From: an uncultured Gemmatimonadaceae bacterium
Lineage (GTDB): Bacteria > Gemmatimonadota > Gemmatimonadetes > Gemmatimonadales > Gemmatimonadaceae
Direction of reading: 5' to 3'
DNA: 64,000 bases
Assembly (NCBI GenBank): GCA_963817955.1
Contig: CAWFQK010000004.1
Coordinates: forward strand, 448,001-512,000
Both the position numbers and the translations under genes were made by a program. Each line of letters begins with the position of its first letter. Positions within the stretch are counted from its first letter, which is position 1. This document shows positions 50,507 through 61,308 of the stretch, one piece after another. Below the pieces are notes generated by a model. That model did not search any database. It worked only from the letters and a program-made list of their open reading frames with translations, and was not told where the DNA came from.

Positions 50507-51397
50507 TCACGGGTCGTGCGGGTCGAGCCGCGTCACCCGGCTCGGCCGGGAGTTGATGCCGGAACCACGTCCGCTGCCGCTTCGCGTACTGCCGCGTGTC
50601 GATGAGAATTGCCTCACGCGCCGCGGCGCGCGACCAGCTCGCCGCGCACGAGCCGGCGCACCGTCATGTATCCCGTCGCGTTCCACGCCGGCGCGTCGAC
50701 CGGGATCGTCTGCATCGAGCCGTCGTACCTCGTCTGGCCAGCCGTTGTCCAGCATATCATCGATCCGCTGCGCAATGCGGCCCTCCAGCGCCGGACCCGG
50801 ATCCACCACAAGATAGCGCGGCCGCCAACGGGAAGCGCGAGCGTGCTCGCGATGCAGCTCGCTGACGCGCCGTCCGGCGAGCAGCGCGATCTCGACGGCG
50901 CGCAGAAGCTGGGTACGCCCCAGGTGCGCGCGCGCCGGATCGAGCGCCGCACCCAGCGGCGCAGTTCGTCCGTCTCGAGCGCAGATAGGACGCTCGCGAG
51001 TCGCGCACGCTGTCCTGCGTCGAGTGCCGGCTCGTGATACAATCGCCTCGAACACCGCGCGCAGGTAGAGGCCCGTCCCGCCAACGACGAGCGGAACGCG
51101 CCCTCCCGCCAGAGCGCCCGCAATCCATCGGTCGGCACTCTCAGCCCACGCGGCGGCAGAGTAGCGGTCCGAAGGATCGACGAGGTCGAGACCGTCATGC
51201 GGAACGCGCGCACGTTCGGCCGTGGTTGGTTTTGCTGTGCCGACGTCGAATTCGCGATAGACCTGACGGGAATCGCCGCTGATGATCGTGCCGCCGACGC
51301 GCTCGGCCAGCCACAACGCGACGGCACTCTTCCCCGCAGCCGTCGGCCCGCAGATGACGCGAACCTCAGCGCCGGCCGAATCGTCGCTCAATCTCAT
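50507..51397 (-). CDS. miaA: tRNA dimethylallyltransferase (frameshifts; 3' end approximate)
   Basis: GPTAAGKS, DSRQVYREFDVGTAKP, VVGGTGLY, ATGY. Confidence 0.9.
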   Translation of the reverse strand: MRLSDDSAGAEVRVICGPTAAGKSAVALWLAERVGGTIISGDSRQVYREFDVGTAKPTTAERARVPHDGLDLVDPSDRYSAAAWAESADRWIAGALAGGRVPLVVGGTGLYLRAVFEAIVSRAGTRRRTACATRERPICARDGRTAPLGAALDPARAHLGRTQLLRAVEIALLAGRRVSELHREHARASRWRPRYLVVDPGPALEGRIAQRIDDMLDNGWPDEVRRLDADDPGRRAGVERDGIHDGAPARARRAGRAPRRVRQFSSTRGSTRSGSGRGSGINSRPSRVTRLDPHDP

Positions 51398-53135
51398 CCC
51401 ACGTAAGCTGTACGATTGTCGCGCGGCCATGCACGTCGTGCGCCGGCAGCGTCGTGTCGCGTAGGGCCAGATACAGCGCCCGCATCTCACTCGGCGACAG
51501 CGCGTCGCCTGCCTTGATCGCTGCTTTACACGCCACTGTTGCCGCGAGTCTTTCGTGGCGCGCGTGCGTGCCAGCCTCTCGGTCCCCGGTGAGTGCGGCG
51601 AGGGTCTCGCGCAGACACCGCTCGGCATCGAATCGTGGATGCGGCATCGGCACCCTGCTCACGAGCAGCGTATGCCCGCCGAAACCCTCGATCTCGAATC
51701 CGAGACGTTCGAAGATTACCGGTCGCGCTCGAACGCGTCGGCCTCGGCGGGCCCCAGGTGCAGCGTCATGGGAAAGAGCAGCCGCTGCGCCGGCTGCGTC
51801 CCCGCCCTCGAGCGTCCTCATGAACTGCTCGTACAGCACGCGCTCGTGTGCCGAATGCTGGTCGATCAACACGACCCCGTGCTCGTGCTCGAACATCAGA
51901 TACGTGCGCTGCAGCTGCACGAGCGGCGGCACATCCGCGGTTGCAGGTGTCACGACTGGGGGATGTGCCGTCACAGACCGCGCGTCCGCGCCCGCATCGC
52001 CGTCAGGCCTCGGCTCGAACAGTCCGTCTTCCATGGCGCGCGTATGCAGTGCGTCCACGTCCACCGACGTCGGCGGCACCAGCACCGGCGTGGGCGAGAC
52101 AGCCCATGACAAACGGCCGAACGTCGCGCCTGCCTCGAACGTGCCGAGCGCGCGCCGCACCGCGTTCTCCACAATGCGCTCCACGGGCCAACGATCGCGG
52201 AAGCGGACTTCGGCTTTGGCCGGATGCACGTTCACATCGACCATGTCGGCGGCAACGACGACATCCAGGAACATCGTCGGCCGCACACCTGCCGGAATCG
52301 TCGAGCGGTAGGCTGCTTCGGCGGCACGCACGATCCCCGTGTCGCGCACCGCCCGCCCGTTGACCGATAAGAAGACTCGCCGCGTACCGGTGCCGACGTC
52401 CGCGGGGCGTTCAACCAGTCCGACGACGTGCGTGGCGCCGCTCACGTCGTCAACGTCGAGCAGGCGCGCGGCCAACGGGCCACCGTACAATGCCGCCAGA
52501 CGATCGCGGAGCTGCGTTGCCGCCGGCAGCGAGAGCATTGGTTTGCCGTCGTGCGTTGCGCTCACGCGGACGTCCCGCCGCGTGAGCGCCATCGTACCGA
52601 TCACGTCGAGGACTGCGCGCCATTCCGCGCGCGCACCACGCAGGAACTTCAGTCGTGCGGGCGCATTATAGAACAAGTGTGACACGCGCACCGTCGTGCC
52701 GCGACGGCGACTGGCGGACGTCACGTCGAGCACAGAGCCGCCGGCGGCACGCACCAAGGTGCCCGCACCATCTTCCAGAGAGGTCTCCAACTCCAAGTGC
52801 GAGACGGAGGAGATTGCGGCGAGCGCTTCACCACGAAATCCAAAACTCCGGACGCCAACGAGGTCCTGCGCCCTGCGGATTTTTGACGTCGCATGCCGTT
52901 CGAGCGACATCACCGCGTCGTCGTGCGACATGCCACAGCCATCGTCGCTCACACGGATAGTCTGGCGGCCACCGTCCTCGATCGACAGATCGATCGACGT
53001 GGCGCCGGCGTCGAGCGCGTTCTCGATCAGCTCCTTTACCACAGATGAGGGCCGTTCGACAACCTCCCCCGCCGCGATCTGATCGGCGACGGCGCTCGGC
53101 AGGACAGCGATGCGTTGAAGCGAGGGGGAGGACAC
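51366..53135 (-). CDS. mutL: DNA mismatch repair endonuclease MutL (short local frameshift near 51720-51790)
   Basis: IAAGEVVERPSSVVKELIENALDAGA, RHATSKI, GFRGEAL, VDVNVHPAKAEV, DQHSAHERVLYE, ACKAAIK. Confidence 0.95.
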   Translation of the reverse strand: MSSPSLQRIAVLPSAVADQIAAGEVVERPSSVVKELIENALDAGATSIDLSIEDGGRQTIRVSDDGCGMSHDDAVMSLERHATSKIRRAQDLVGVRSFGFRGEALAAISSVSHLELETSLEDGAGTLVRAAGGSVLDVTSASRRRGTTVRVSHLFYNAPARLKFLRGARAEWRAVLDVIGTMALTRRDVRVSATHDGKPMLSLPAATQLRDRLAALYGGPLAARLLDVDDVSGATHVVGLVERPADVGTGTRRVFLSVNGRAVRDTGIVRAAEAAYRSTIPAGVRPTMFLDVVVAADMVDVNVHPAKAEVRFRDRWPVERIVENAVRRALGTFEAGATFGRLSWAVSPTPVLVPPTSVDVDALHTRAMEDGLFEPRPDGDAGADARSVTAHPPVVTPATADVPPLVQLQRTYLMFEHEHGVVLIDQHSAHERVLYEQFMRTLEGGDAAGAAAALSHDAAPGARRGRRVRARPVIFERLGFEIEGFGGHTLLVSRVPMPHPRFDAERCLRETLAALTGDREAGTHARHERLAATVACKAAIKAGDALSPSEMRALYLALRDTTLPAHDVHGRATIVQLTWDEIERRFGRR

Positions 53136-53202
53136 CGCGAAAAGCTACCGGTACGACGCGTGACGCGTCAATCGCTGGCCGCCGCCCACTGGCCGCTGTG
53201 TG

Positions 53203-55596
53203 CTATTCGCCGCTGATCTGCGACACGTCACGTGTGTCGAGCGACAACAACGCCGCGTTCTCCATCCACCCATCGCGACCGTCGTCGAGCACCACGCGGC
53301 TCCAGGCGCCCTGCCGCCCGGTCACCCGAACCACTTCGCCAACGATCGCCGTCGCGCCGCGCTCGCCGCCGAGCTCCGGATCGCTGCTCAGCGATCCCGT
53401 GTGGCGAACCACGGCGAGCTGTCGGCCGGAGAGTCGATCAGCCAACGCGAAGCCGCCGAGGCCTAGCAGCGCGGCCACGACTGCGAGGGTGGCGACGCTG
53501 CGGCCCCCCACTGTTGGCCGCCGAAGCGCGCGATACGCCGCGGTTGTCCACGTGAGGCACCACACGACTGCGGCGAGATCGAAGAGCCACGACGCTGGTA
53601 TCGGCAGCACGTACCCGGACGCCGTCCACGGCAGCGCGTGCACCAGCTCGGCGCGCTCACGGACGTCGCTCGCCAGGGGTTCAATGCGGAGGGCGCGCTG
53701 CCAGGCAGCGACGGTTCGTGCGGTGTCGGAAACGGCCCACGAGGCTGTCCCGAGGTTTGCCCAGGCATCCGGCGCGCGAGGATCGGCGGCGACGGAGGCG
53801 AGGAACTGCTCGCGCGCCGCCACGAAATCGTGGTGCTCGTACGCGCGAACGCCGTCGTCGAATTGCCGTTGAGCGGCACTGAGCTCGACAGCGTGAGCAG
53901 TCGCAACACCAATGGCAAGGAAACCGATTACCGTGAGGGCGCGAAGGCCGAGCTGCGCGCGCGCTAACGCTTCCTGGTCGGCGGCGCGATAGAGGCGCGC
54001 TGCACGGACGGAGGCATCGGATGACAATGTGCCGGTCGCCGAGAACGCCGCCTCGTCTAGCTCACGCAGGAATCGCTCCGACTCGAGCGCAACATCTGTC
54101 GAAACGCCACGCCGCCGCAGCGCTCGCATCAACGCGCCCGGTCGCGTGAAGCTCTCCGGCTCCAATCCGAGGCGTTCGGCCAGTGCACCGGTGTACGTGC
54201 GGCGCACGTCAGACGCATCATGTGGACCTGTGTCCCGTGCTAGCGCCGCGAGCCGCGACGCTTGCGATACGGGACGCGATGCGGCCACTCGCCTACGCCG
54301 CTCCCGCGACCCGAACGAAAGCGCTGGCAATGGGATGAGCGCCATCAACGCCCAAAATGTCGGGTGCTCGTGCAGTGGCACGCTTGGTACGCCGCGGTAG
54401 CGCGTGCGGAGCGACAGGAGCGCTTCTGTCCGCGCCGTGTCGGCCGTCGCGAGCGCACCAGGCTGGACATGCACGTGCGCACTGCTGGTCGACGCCGTCT
54501 CGTACCGTCGCGAGTCGGGATTGAAATACGTGTAATGAATAGGCGGTACATCGAGCTCGCCCGCGACTCGCGGCGTCAGGAGCCAGTCGAATTCCTTCAC
54601 GCCCGCGATCTTTCTCGCATTCGTGTCCACCTGGACGCGTTCCTCGCCGTTTACAAGGGCGGCCCAAGGCACTCCGAGGGTTGGACGCGGGAAGAGCTTC
54701 ACATTGCCCGTGCCCGATACGCGCACGGTAAGCACCAGCGGATCGCCGACGCGCGACGGAGTCGTGTCGAGCTTCGCCGCGACACGGAGATCGCCGACCG
54801 CTCCGCCAAAATCAGCCGGTCGACTCTGCAGTGGCGGCTCGATCGCGACGATCACCGAGCTGTCGGTCTGCAACTCATGCGTTTCCTCCCGACTGAAAAA
54901 ACTGGCCGACAGCGGCAGCGAATACACCAGCTGCGCCGGTGGAATGGCAAACCGGCCGGGCATGAGCGGAAAGAGCGCGCGCTGATAGACGAGCGCATCG
55001 AAGCAGTGCGAGGCAACCTGGCGCCTTGGCGGATCGGCGCGCGCAGGGAGATCGTAGGCCAACATCGATTGCATGTCGGGCGGAAAGAACGTCGGATTGC
55101 GTCGCAGGCGGTCGCGGACCGTTTCATTCAGGAAGACGGCCACCTCGTAGTTCGCCTGCTGACCGACGTAGACCGTCTCCGGAAGCGAGAGCGCCCGAAA
55201 GTTCACTGCGAGGCTGGTATCCACCCTGGCGCGCGCGATGACGATCGGAATGGTGGGATGTCCGGCCTGCCGGACTGAAATCATGACCGGCTTCGAACGG
55301 ACGACCGTTCCGCCGAGGCGCGCTTCGAACGAAGGAATCGCAAACGTGCCGATGCGATCCGTCGTCAACACGTATCGGTATTCGGCGAGTACGGAACTCT
55401 TATCGAACGTGACATGTGGCATCCCCGAGGAGCGCAGCACGTCGAACGGCGCCATTGAAGGGGCGATGAGCTGCGGCGCCACATTGCCTGGTGCGCTGAT
55501 AGCCACGCTGATCTCGATTGCCTCGCAGGTGGAGGCCGTATCGGGAGCATGTGCGACAATCGATAGCTGAGCAGCCAGCGCCAGAATGCCAATCAC
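53203..55596 (-). CDS. BatD-family protein fused to a BatE-like TPR/SH3 C-terminus
   Basis: Ig-like BatD repeats (VYVGQQ, GAVG, VGDPLVLTVRVSGTGN), a TM, a TPR (AWANLGTA) and an SH3 tail (GAWSRVVLDDGRDGWM). Confidence 0.78.
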   Translation of the reverse strand: MIGILALAAQLSIVAHAPDTASTCEAIEISVAISAPGNVAPQLIAPSMAPFDVLRSSGMPHVTFDKSSVLAEYRYVLTTDRIGTFAIPSFEARLGGTVVRSKPVMISVRQAGHPTIPIVIARARVDTSLAVNFRALSLPETVYVGQQANYEVAVFLNETVRDRLRRNPTFFPPDMQSMLAYDLPARADPPRRQVASHCFDALVYQRALFPLMPGRFAIPPAQLVYSLPLSASFFSREETHELQTDSSVIVAIEPPLQSRPADFGGAVGDLRVAAKLDTTPSRVGDPLVLTVRVSGTGNVKLFPRPTLGVPWAALVNGEERVQVDTNARKIAGVKEFDWLLTPRVAGELDVPPIHYTYFNPDSRRYETASTSSAHVHVQPGALATADTARTEALLSLRTRYRGVPSVPLHEHPTFWALMALIPLPALSFGSRERRRRVAASRPVSQASRLAALARDTGPHDASDVRRTYTGALAERLGLEPESFTRPGALMRALRRRGVSTDVALESERFLRELDEAAFSATGTLSSDASVRAARLYRAADQEALARAQLGLRALTVIGFLAIGVATAHAVELSAAQRQFDDGVRAYEHHDFVAAREQFLASVAADPRAPDAWANLGTASWAVSDTARTVAAWQRALRIEPLASDVRERAELVHALPWTASGYVLPIPASWLFDLAAVVWCLTWTTAAYRALRRPTVGGRSVATLAVVAALLGLGGFALADRLSGRQLAVVRHTGSLSSDPELGGERGATAIVGEVVRVTGRQGAWSRVVLDDGRDGWMENAALLSLDTRDVSQISGE

Positions 55597-57278
55597 CAGT
55601 CCTTTCCTCCCGGCGGCGGCTCGACCTTGTTCTGCTTCTGCTTCTTTGACTGCGTGTCACGCTCTTCGCGCGCCGCGCTACCGAGGAGCTGTTCCGCCTG
55701 CTGTTGACCGAGTCCGCCTTGCGGTTGCGGAGCCTGGCCCTGCGGAGACTTGTTGCTCGCGCCGCCTCCCCCGCCCCCGCCCCCTCCACCACCACCGCCT
55801 TGTTTCTTGCGCAACGCCAATTCGTAATTCCACTTTGCGTCGACGTCATTCGGCCGCATGAGAATCGCTTTCTTGTACAGCGCGAGCGCCGAATCCAGCT
55901 CGCCACCGTCCTGTCCCGGCGCGGCGGCGAGCCCTGGCTTCAAGTGGGCGAGCCCCAGATTGAACGCTGCGCGAAAGCGGATCTCGTCGTTTTTCGCGTC
56001 GCTCAGATGGCCGAGCGCTTCAGCCGCCGTCTGCATGGAATCGGCGGCAACCAGTGACGTGCCGAAGTTGTAGATCGTTTCCGGCGTCTTGTCGCCCGCC
56101 GTGATGGCATCGCGAAAGTGTGATGCGGCCTGCACATACTGCCCACGATTGTAGTTGGCGACGCCTTGCTCGCTACGCGATAACCCGACGCATCCATTGA
56201 GGAAGAGCAAGAAGAGCACACTCGCTGCGGCGGTCTGTGCCGCCGCAGGCCGCGGCCGCCGGCGGCCGCGGCGTTCGATGAGCAACGTGTCGAGGAGCAG
56301 GAGCGCGAGCGCTGGGAAAAGGAACCACTGGTACCGCGGCGTCTTGGTCTCGCCGCCAAGGCTGGCGCGCGCTTGCGTGCGCAGCGTCGCGAGCGCCGAC
56401 TTGATGCGCGCCGCTTTGTCGGTTGCACCGGCGTCTATGAACGTGCCGCCGGCGGCGTCGGCCGCCCCCTTGAGGTACTCCGCGTGGTACTGCGTCACGA
56501 CTGTGTTTCCGTTCTCGTCCTTCTTGGTGGTGATCGTTCCGTCCGGCGCCTTGACCGGAATGGTCGCTCCGGCCGTGGTTCCAAATCCCACCGTGACGAG
56601 ACTGATGCCTTGCTGTCCAGCGCGTTTGGCTTCGGTGATGACGTCCTCCAATGGCTCGAATGCCTCACCGTCACTCATGACGACCAATGCGCGGTCGGCG
56701 CCACTGTTGGTGAGCGTGAGCAGGTCAACGCCCTGGCGGATGGTGCGCGCCAGCGACGTTCCCGCCTGTCCGACGACCGACGGATCGAGATTGTCGAGGA
56801 ACAGATCGAGGGCGCCTTCATCAATGGTGAGCGGCGAGAGGACGTAGCTCCGCCCGGCGAAGGCGAGTACCCCCATCCGATCGCCGGGCGACAGCGCGCG
56901 AAGCCGACGCACCTCCTGCTTCATTCGCTCGAGCCGGCTCGGGCGTTCGTCCTGCGCCAACATCGATAACGAGGCATCGAGCGCAAGCACCATGTCGATG
57001 CCGCGCGACCGGACCACGCTCCGCTCGTCACCCCAACGCGGACTGGCGACCGACACGCCTACCAGAGCGCTCGCCAGGCCCAGGCGAGCCATCCGCCATC
57101 CAGGCGGTATCAACGTGTTGGGCGGAATGAGCCGCGACACAACGTCCATATTTCCCAACCGCTCGAGCCGCGCCTTCCGCTGCCTGTACGCATGACGCAG
57201 CACCGCCAGCGCAAGCACCGGCAGCGCCAGCACCAGGATGAGCAGGTACGGATAATCAAATACTACGTCGCTCATCAT
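55593..57278 (-). CDS. vWA + TPR protein (BatB/BatC-like)
   Basis: MIDAS DASLSM, SDGE, C-terminal TPRs and KDW ending. Confidence 0.82.
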   Translation of the reverse strand: MMSDVVFDYPYLLILVLALPVLALAVLRHAYRQRKARLERLGNMDVVSRLIPPNTLIPPGWRMARLGLASALVGVSVASPRWGDERSVVRSRGIDMVLALDASLSMLAQDERPSRLERMKQEVRRLRALSPGDRMGVLAFAGRSYVLSPLTIDEGALDLFLDNLDPSVVGQAGTSLARTIRQGVDLLTLTNSGADRALVVMSDGEAFEPLEDVITEAKRAGQQGISLVTVGFGTTAGATIPVKAPDGTITTKKDENGNTVVTQYHAEYLKGAADAAGGTFIDAGATDKAARIKSALATLRTQARASLGGETKTPRYQWFLFPALALLLLDTLLIERRGRRRPRPAAAQTAAASVLFLLFLNGCVGLSRSEQGVANYNRGQYVQAASHFRDAITAGDKTPETIYNFGTSLVAADSMQTAAEALGHLSDAKNDEIRFRAAFNLGLAHLKPGLAAAPGQDGGELDSALALYKKAILMRPNDVDAKWNYELALRKKQGGGGGGGGGGGGGASNKSPQGQAPQPQGGLGQQQAEQLLGSAAREERDTQSKKQKQNKVEPPPGGKDW

Positions 57279-58267
57279 GGGAGCGGTCCCCGGCGCGCCG
57301 CGAACAACAATTCCGTCACGAGCGCCAGCACTGCCAGATATAATGGCCAGCGGAAGAGCTCCGTATAGCGCACGTACGAACGGGTACGCACCGGCTCGCG
57401 CTCGAGCTGGTTGATCTCGTCGTAGATGCGTTGCAGTGCCGCCGCATCGCGTGCACGGTAGTACCGGCCGCCGGTCGTTTTCGCGATGTCGATCAACAAC
57501 GGCTCGTCGATGCGTACCAGGCGGTTTTCGTACCGCAACCCAAAGAGACCTCGGCCCACCGGCACCGGCGCCAGGCCCTCCGTCCCGACTCCAATCGTGT
57601 AAATCTTGATGCCGAACACCGCGGCCGCCTTGGCGGCTGTCCGCGGATCGATGGCCCCGCGGTTGTTCTCGCCATCGGTGAGAAGAATCATCACGCGCGA
57701 GCGGCCCGGCGCGTCGCGCAACCGGTTCGCCGCCGTCGCGATCGCGGTGCCGATCGCCGTACCGTCTTCGAGTTGTCCAGCTGCCAGGTTGTCCACCGCG
57801 GCGTCGACGACGGGATAGTCGGTGGTGAGCGGCACTTGCGTGAGTGCCTCGGAAGCGAACGCGACGACGCCGATCCGATCGCTGGTACGAGCGGCGATGA
57901 ACCGTTTGACCACGTCCTTCGCAACCTCGAGGCGATTCTCCGGCAGGAAGTCCTGCGCAAGCATGGAGCTCGAAAGGTCGATCGCGAGCACGATGTTGAT
58001 GCCTTCGCTCGTGACGTCCTCCGCATGCGCGCCGGATCGCGGCCGCGCCAGTGCGACGATCATCGACGCCAACAGCAGGTTGCGAAGCCCGAACAGCAGC
58101 AGCGTCGTTGCGCGACCAGCGCGCGGACCTGCCGCCAGCACGCTGACGCGAGAGAACACAATGGCGGCCGGCCGGCGACGCCGCCGTACGATCCACCAGA
58201 TGGGCAGCAGCAGCAACAGCGCGAGCGCCCAAGCCGACGCGAATTGAATCGGACCAAGCGAGATCAT
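57275..58267 (-). CDS. vWA domain protein (BatA-like)
   Basis: ALARP, DLSSSM, GTAIG, LLTDGENNRG, IYTIGVG. Confidence 0.88.
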   Translation of the reverse strand: MISLGPIQFASAWALALLLLLPIWWIVRRRRRPAAIVFSRVSVLAAGPRAGRATTLLLFGLRNLLLASMIVALARPRSGAHAEDVTSEGINIVLAIDLSSSMLAQDFLPENRLEVAKDVVKRFIAARTSDRIGVVAFASEALTQVPLTTDYPVVDAAVDNLAAGQLEDGTAIGTAIATAANRLRDAPGRSRVMILLTDGENNRGAIDPRTAAKAAAVFGIKIYTIGVGTEGLAPVPVGRGLFGLRYENRLVRIDEPLLIDIAKTTGGRYYRARDAAALQRIYDEINQLEREPVRTRSYVRYTELFRWPLYLAVLALVTELLFAARRGPLP

Positions 58268-59187
58268 GCGGCCGCCTTCTCTTGCGGCGGTTGCGACGCC
58301 GTGTGCTCCTGAGCCACGACCGCGCGCGCTTCTCGTCCGAGTTCCCGTGCGCGTTCACTACTCACGGGACGCCGCGCGAACTTGATCAGATCGGCTTCGG
58401 TGAGCGCGCGCGCCAGACGTTCCTGTGGGACGAACGACAGATCGCGCACCGCGCGCTGCAACTCAGTGCTCGTCAGCGACAGCGATGCCTCGGCGTAGCG
58501 CGTCGCGAGATAGTCACGCAGCACCTCCACCATGAGCGTCACGTACCGCCCGCGCTCGCCGGCCTCGAGGAGCGCGAGCGCCTCGATGCGCTGAAACTCC
58601 AATTCGGCCCGAGCATACGGGTCAATCGCCAGCGAGAGGATGGGCCGGCGCCGGCGCCGGATCCACCACCAGAGCAACAGACCGAGCGCGATCAGCGCGG
58701 CAATCAGCGCGACGATCCACCAGGGGAACACGCTGAAGGTGAAGAGCGGACGCTGCGGCTTCGGGACGCGTTGCGCGCTGTCCTTCGGGAGCAGACTGCG
58801 CACGAACACCGTTGCCCCCCCGAGCGGCACGTGACGTTCCGCGCCGTTATAGCGCACGATCGCATCCGCCATCCGCACCGGTTGCGATCCAACATCCCAG
58901 GCGGCGACGCGGTAATCGGCATACTGCTCCATGGCACTCGTATCGGCGCTCGTACGAACGACGACCGGATCGAGCGATTGCACCGTGGATGTCGAGTCCG
59001 TGCCCGTCGGAAACTCGATCGTCGCACCGCGCGGCGCGCGGATGCCCACCGTTACACGAAATGGATCCCCGATTCGAACGGAATCCGGTGCGGCCGTAAT
59101 GCCCGCCTTCACTGGAATCTGCTGCGCGTTCACGACGCCGGCGTACGCCATGAACAACACGACGCTCGCAATGATCGATCGCCTCAC
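58264..59187 (-). CDS. Hypothetical Bat-operon membrane protein
   Basis: Signal peptide, Ig-like domain, TM, LRDYL...ADLIKFA. Confidence 0.75.
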   Translation of the reverse strand: MRRSIIASVVLFMAYAGVVNAQQIPVKAGITAAPDSVRIGDPFRVTVGIRAPRGATIEFPTGTDSTSTVQSLDPVVVRTSADTSAMEQYADYRVAAWDVGSQPVRMADAIVRYNGAERHVPLGGATVFVRSLLPKDSAQRVPKPQRPLFTFSVFPWWIVALIAALIALGLLLWWWIRRRRRPILSLAIDPYARAELEFQRIEALALLEAGERGRYVTLMVEVLRDYLATRYAEASLSLTSTELQRAVRDLSFVPQERLARALTEADLIKFARRPVSSERARELGREARAVVAQEHTASQPPQEKAAA

Positions 59188-60161
59188 TTTCGAATCCTCC
59201 GCTCACGCATTCTGAAGAATCGGAGCAGTGGATCCATGATGCCCTGCGTGGTCGTGACCGGGATCTCGTCGATCGCCAATCGGCGCAAGAGATGACGCCG
59301 GCGTTCGACGTCTCGCGACACCTCGCGGTCGAATTGCGCGCGCACCTCGGGATCGCTCGTGTCCACATCGAGCGTCGCGCCCGTTTCCGGGTCGACCAGC
59401 CGCACCAGTCCGATATCGGGCAGCGCGCGCTCGCTGGGATCCTCCAGCGTCACGGCCACGACATCATGCCGTTGCGCGAGCAGCTTGAGCGGCCGCTCGA
59501 TGTCGCCGCCAAAGAAGTCCGACACGACGAAGATGACCGCCTTGTGCGTCAGCATCTTGTTCATGTATTCGAGTGCGCACCGACAATGTCGGTGCCACGA
59601 CTCGCCGGCTCGAAGGCGAGCAAGTCGCGAATCAGCCGCAGCGCGTGGCGGCGACCTTTTCGCGGCGGAACGACGTGCTCGATGCGATCGGTGAACATCA
59701 GCGCCCCGACGCGGTCGTTGTTCCGGATCGCCGACATCGCGAGGACCGCCGCGAGCTCGGCCGCGACTTCGCTCTTGAAGCGCCGACGCGTGCCGAACCG
59801 CTCGGACCCCGACACGTCGACCGCGAGCATCACAGTCAGCTCGCGCTCCTCGATGTAGCGCTTGACGAACGGGCGCTGCATGCGCGCCGTCACGTTCCAG
59901 TCGATCGATGCGCACTTCGTCGCCGGGCTGGTACTCGCGCACCTCGGCGAACTCCATGCCCTGCCCCTTGAACACGGAGCGGTACTCACCCGTAAACAGC
60001 GAGTTCACCAGCCCTCGCGTGCGCAGCTCGAGCAGCTTGACCTGGCGCAGGATTTCCGGTGGAACCGCCGGCGATGACTGACGATCGGGCACAGCACGAT
60101 GGACGATCGGCGATTGGCGATCGGTCACGCCCTCCTCGCGCCGGAATAGCGAAAACGCCAC
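59184..60161 (-). CDS. DUF58 family protein (local frameshifts)
   Basis: GEYRSVFKGQGMEFAEVREYQPGD, IDWNVTAR, EERELTV, VSDF. Confidence 0.88.
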   Translation of the reverse strand: MAFSLFRREEGVTDRQSPIVHRAVPDRQSSPAVPPEILRQVKLLELRTRGLVNSLFTGEYRSVFKGQGMEFAEVREYQPGDEVRIDRLERDGAHAAPVRQALHRGARADCDARGRRVGVRAVRHASALQERSRGRARGGPRDVGDPEQRPRRGADVHRSHRARRSAAKRSPPRAAADSRLARLRAGESWHRHCRCALEYMNKMLTHKAVIFVVSDFFGGDIERPLKLLAQRHDVVAVTLEDPSERALPDIGLVRLVDPETGATLDVDTSDPEVRAQFDREVSRDVERRRHLLRRLAIDEIPVTTTQGIMDPLLRFFRMRERRIRK

Positions 60162-60172
60162 GGCTCAGTGCC

Positions 60173-61171
60173 TCACGGACTCTCGATCTTGTCCAGCACG
60201 CGCTGCACGATCTGGTCGCTGGTCACCTCTTCGGCTTCGGCCTCGTAGGTGGTGAGCACGCGATGGCGCAGCACGTCCGGCGCGATCGCCTTCACGTCGT
60301 CGGGCGTGACGAAGGCGCGGCCGCGCAGGAAGGCGTGCGCGCGCGACGCCTGCGCGAGCGCGATCGTGGCGCGCGGACTGGCGCCGAACTCGATCAGCGG
60401 CGCGAGGTCGGCGAGACCGGCCGCGGCCGGGCTCGCGCGTCGCGTGCACGATGTCGACGATGTAGTCCACGATCCGGTCGTCCATGTACAGCTCCGCGAT
60501 CCGGTGCCGCGCGTCCATGATCGCCTTCGGCGATCGCAACGGCCTGCACCTCGATCGGCTCGCCCCCCGCCATGCGGCGCATGATCTCCTTCTCCTCGTC
60601 GCGCGTCGGGTAGCCCGACGCGCAGCTTGAGCATGAAGCGGTCGACCTGCGCCTCGGGCAGCGGGTACGTGCCCTCCTGCTCGATCGGGTTCTGCGTCGC
60701 CAGCACGAGGAACGGTTCCTCGAGCTTGAACGTCGTGCCGCCGATGGTGACCTGCTTTTCCTGCATCGCTTCGAGCAGCGCCGCCTGCACCTTGGCCGGC
60801 GCGCGGTTGATCTCGTCGGCGAGCATGATGTTGGCGAAGATCGGCCCGTTCTTGACCGAGAACTGCCCCGTGGATTGATCGTAGAACTGCGTGCCGACGA
60901 CGTCCGCCGGCAGCAGGTCGGGCGTGAACTGGATGCGCTGGAAGGTCGTGTCGATCGACTCCGCGAGCGTCCGCACGGTGAGCGTCTTCGCCAGTCCCGG
61001 CACGCCCTCGAGCAGCACATGGCCGCCGGTGAGCAGGCTGATGAGCAGCCGCTCGACCATGTACTCCTGGCCGACGACGCGCCGCGCCACTTGGCGTGCG
61101 ACGTCCTGGATCAGCCGCGAATCAGCCGACGTTGCCACGTGAGACGCCGACGTTGAGACCTGAGTAGCCAC
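60173..61171 (-). CDS. MoxR family AAA+ ATPase (local frameshifts)
   Basis: HVLLEGVPGLAKT, RIQFTPDLLPAD, DEINRAPAKVQAALLEAM, ATQNPIEQEGTYPLPEAQVDRF, GASPRA. Confidence 0.93.
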   Translation of the reverse strand: MATQVSTSASHVATSADSRLIQDVARQVARRVVGQEYMVERLLISLLTGGHVLLEGVPGLAKTLTVRTLAESIDTTFQRIQFTPDLLPADVVGTQFYDQSTGQFSVKNGPIFANIMLADEINRAPAKVQAALLEAMQEKQVTIGGTTFKLEEPFLVLATQNPIEQEGTYPLPEAQVDRFMLKLRVGLPDARRGEGDHAPHGGGRADRGAGRCDRRRRSWTRGTGSRSCTWTTGSWTTSSTSCTRRASPAAAGLADLAPLIEFGASPRATIALAQASRAHAFLRGRAFVTPDDVKAIAPDVLRHRVLTTYEAEAEEVTSDQIVQRVLDKIESP

Positions 61172-61308
61172 GGTATACCAGGGTTGACGGTTGCGAATGG
61201 ACGGTGGAGGGTGGAGGGGGAGCTCGCTCGCCGACACGACCCGCTTCCACACCCACCCTGCTGTGCTGGTTGTCCTACCCACGACCTGCCGTTCGGTGCC
61301 CTTTAGGC

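Noticed and set aside
48483..50510. Apparent BshA-UppP fusion (675 aa)
   Set aside because: Produced by frameshifts; the middle of the ORF is out-of-frame bshA sequence.
55593..58358. 921-aa ORF
   Set aside because: The N-terminal 360 aa are an alternative frame of the BatA gene; the real gene starts at about 57278.
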